From: Bacillales bacterium
Lineage (GTDB): Bacteria > Bacillota > Bacilli > Paenibacillales > CANHCR01
Direction: 5' to 3'
Assembly: GCA_947459205.1 (NCBI GenBank)
Contig: CANHCR010000008.1
Span: 7,216-71,215, forward strand
DNA: 64,000 nucleotides
In this document: positions 63,134 through 64,000 of the stretch, piece by piece
Layout: every line of letters starts with the position of its first letter
Numbering within the stretch: the first letter of the stretch is position 1
Position numbers and translations under genes: made by a program
The notes under the pieces: generated by a model
The model's input: the letters and a program-made list of their open reading frames with translations, nothing else
Database searches by the model: none
Told to the model about the DNA's origin: nothing

Positions 63134-64000
63134 ATGTTGAAAACAGCCGTCATTGGATATGGTTCCATCGGTGCAAGACATGCCCGAATTCTCGGCAATT
63201 TGTCAGACTCAGCGGTTCGTGTAGTCAGCCGCCGTACGCTCGACAGGCAACCATCATACGCAACCATCGAGCAGTTGTTACTTCATGATTTACCGGACTA
63301 TTTGGTCGTTGCCAATGAGACATCCGCTCATCTCGATACATTGATCGCATTGCATCATCATCGATTCGCAGGGAGAATTTTAGTAGAAAAACCTCTATTT
63401 CAGCATGCCAGCGACGCACATAAAGTCCAAGGACTTGATATGTCGAACATCCGAGTCGCATACAACTTTCGCTATCATCCGGTGCTCAAAAAAATGAAGG
63501 AATTGATAGCGGGTGAGACCGTCATCCAAGCGCATATTTATACTGCACAATACTTACCAAGTTGGCGCCCATCCACCGACTACTCTGCAAGTTACTCTGC
63601 GAGCAAACAAAAGGGTGGCGGCGTCATCCGCGATTTAAGTCATGAGTTAGATTATTTGCTGTGGTTGTTCGGTGATTGGCATTCATTAACTGCATCTGGT
63701 GGCAAAATTAGCAACCTGAACATCGACAGCGATGATCATTTTTCGGCTATCTATCACATGAAGAGTGGCGCACATGTGCTGCTCCACATTAACTATTTGG
63801 ATCGGATACCAAAGCGGCAAATTATCATCAATACCAACCATCAGACGATTTCAGCTGATCTAATTGCAGGTACCGTGCAAACGCCGAATCAGCATTGGTC
63901 GTTGGCGACGGAACGAGATGACATTTACCGCTTACAACATTTGGATTGCATGCAAGCACAACCGCAACATGCCTCTACATTCGAGCAAGCAATGGAAGTG
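63134..64000 (+). CDS. Gfo/Idh/MocA oxidoreductase, PtmF-like (3' truncated by window; absent from ORF track)
   Basis: manual translation open to window end: MLKTAVIGYGSIGARH, VEKP, YNFRYHP, YLPSWRP, GGGVIRDLSHELDY; GGAGG RBS. Confidence 0.85.
   Translation, partial: MLKTAVIGYGSIGARHARILGNLSDSAVRVVSRRTLDRQPSYATIEQLLLHDLPDYLVVANETSAHLDTLIALHHHRFAGRILVEKPLFQHASDAHKVQGLDMSNIRVAYNFRYHPVLKKMKELIAGETVIQAHIYTAQYLPSWRPSTDYSASYSASKQKGGGVIRDLSHELDYLLWLFGDWHSLTASGGKISNLNIDSDDHFSAIYHMKSGAHVLLHINYLDRIPKRQIIINTNHQTISADLIAGTVQTPNQHWSLATERDDIYRLQHLDCMQAQPQHASTFEQAMEV

Noticed and set aside
63134..64000. Terminal region as non-coding or a pseudogene (no + ORF listed)
   Set aside because: Manual translation is open to the window edge; it was probably omitted only because the stop lies outside

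Overview
A 64-kb stretch of core chromosome from an endospore-forming, flagellated Bacilli member. Gene order and proteins look Paenibacillaceae-like, but this is inferred and was not searched. In order: the end of an SLH protein, tadA, a maltodextrin ABC/amylase/neopullulanase locus, prfA-prmC-spoIIR-sua5-mntP-ywlE, a ZMP/ZTP riboswitch ahead of rpiB-ywlG-glyA, upp-wecB, the F1Fo atp operon, an 11-subunit complex I (nuoA-D,H-N, no nuoEFG), an S8/PPC/SLH protease, murA-spoIID-spoIIQ-spoIIID-mbl-flhO-flhP, a pyruvylated cell-wall-polymer cluster (DUF5693-csaB-tagA-tagO), a SASP, metK, comFA/C, flgMNKL-fliW-csrA, and an unlisted Gfo/Idh/MocA ORF running off the end. I saw no mobile elements, tRNA/rRNA genes or CRISPR arrays. 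Most unusual observations: (1) a maltodextrin transporter whose binding protein is Cys-free, non-lipidated and strongly basic, and whose MalG has a cleavable-looking signal peptide plus an extra helix, next to an acidic lipoprotein amylase; (2) a short promoter-plus-terminator leader on metK that is not an S-box; (3) G/C skew reversals among co-oriented genes; (4) a triple WalR/PhoP-type box before tagO; (5) a start-less EpuA-like ORF; (6) a probable flagellin-glycosylation gene in the position hag usually occupies. All calls rest on motif recognition and synteny; no database searches were run.
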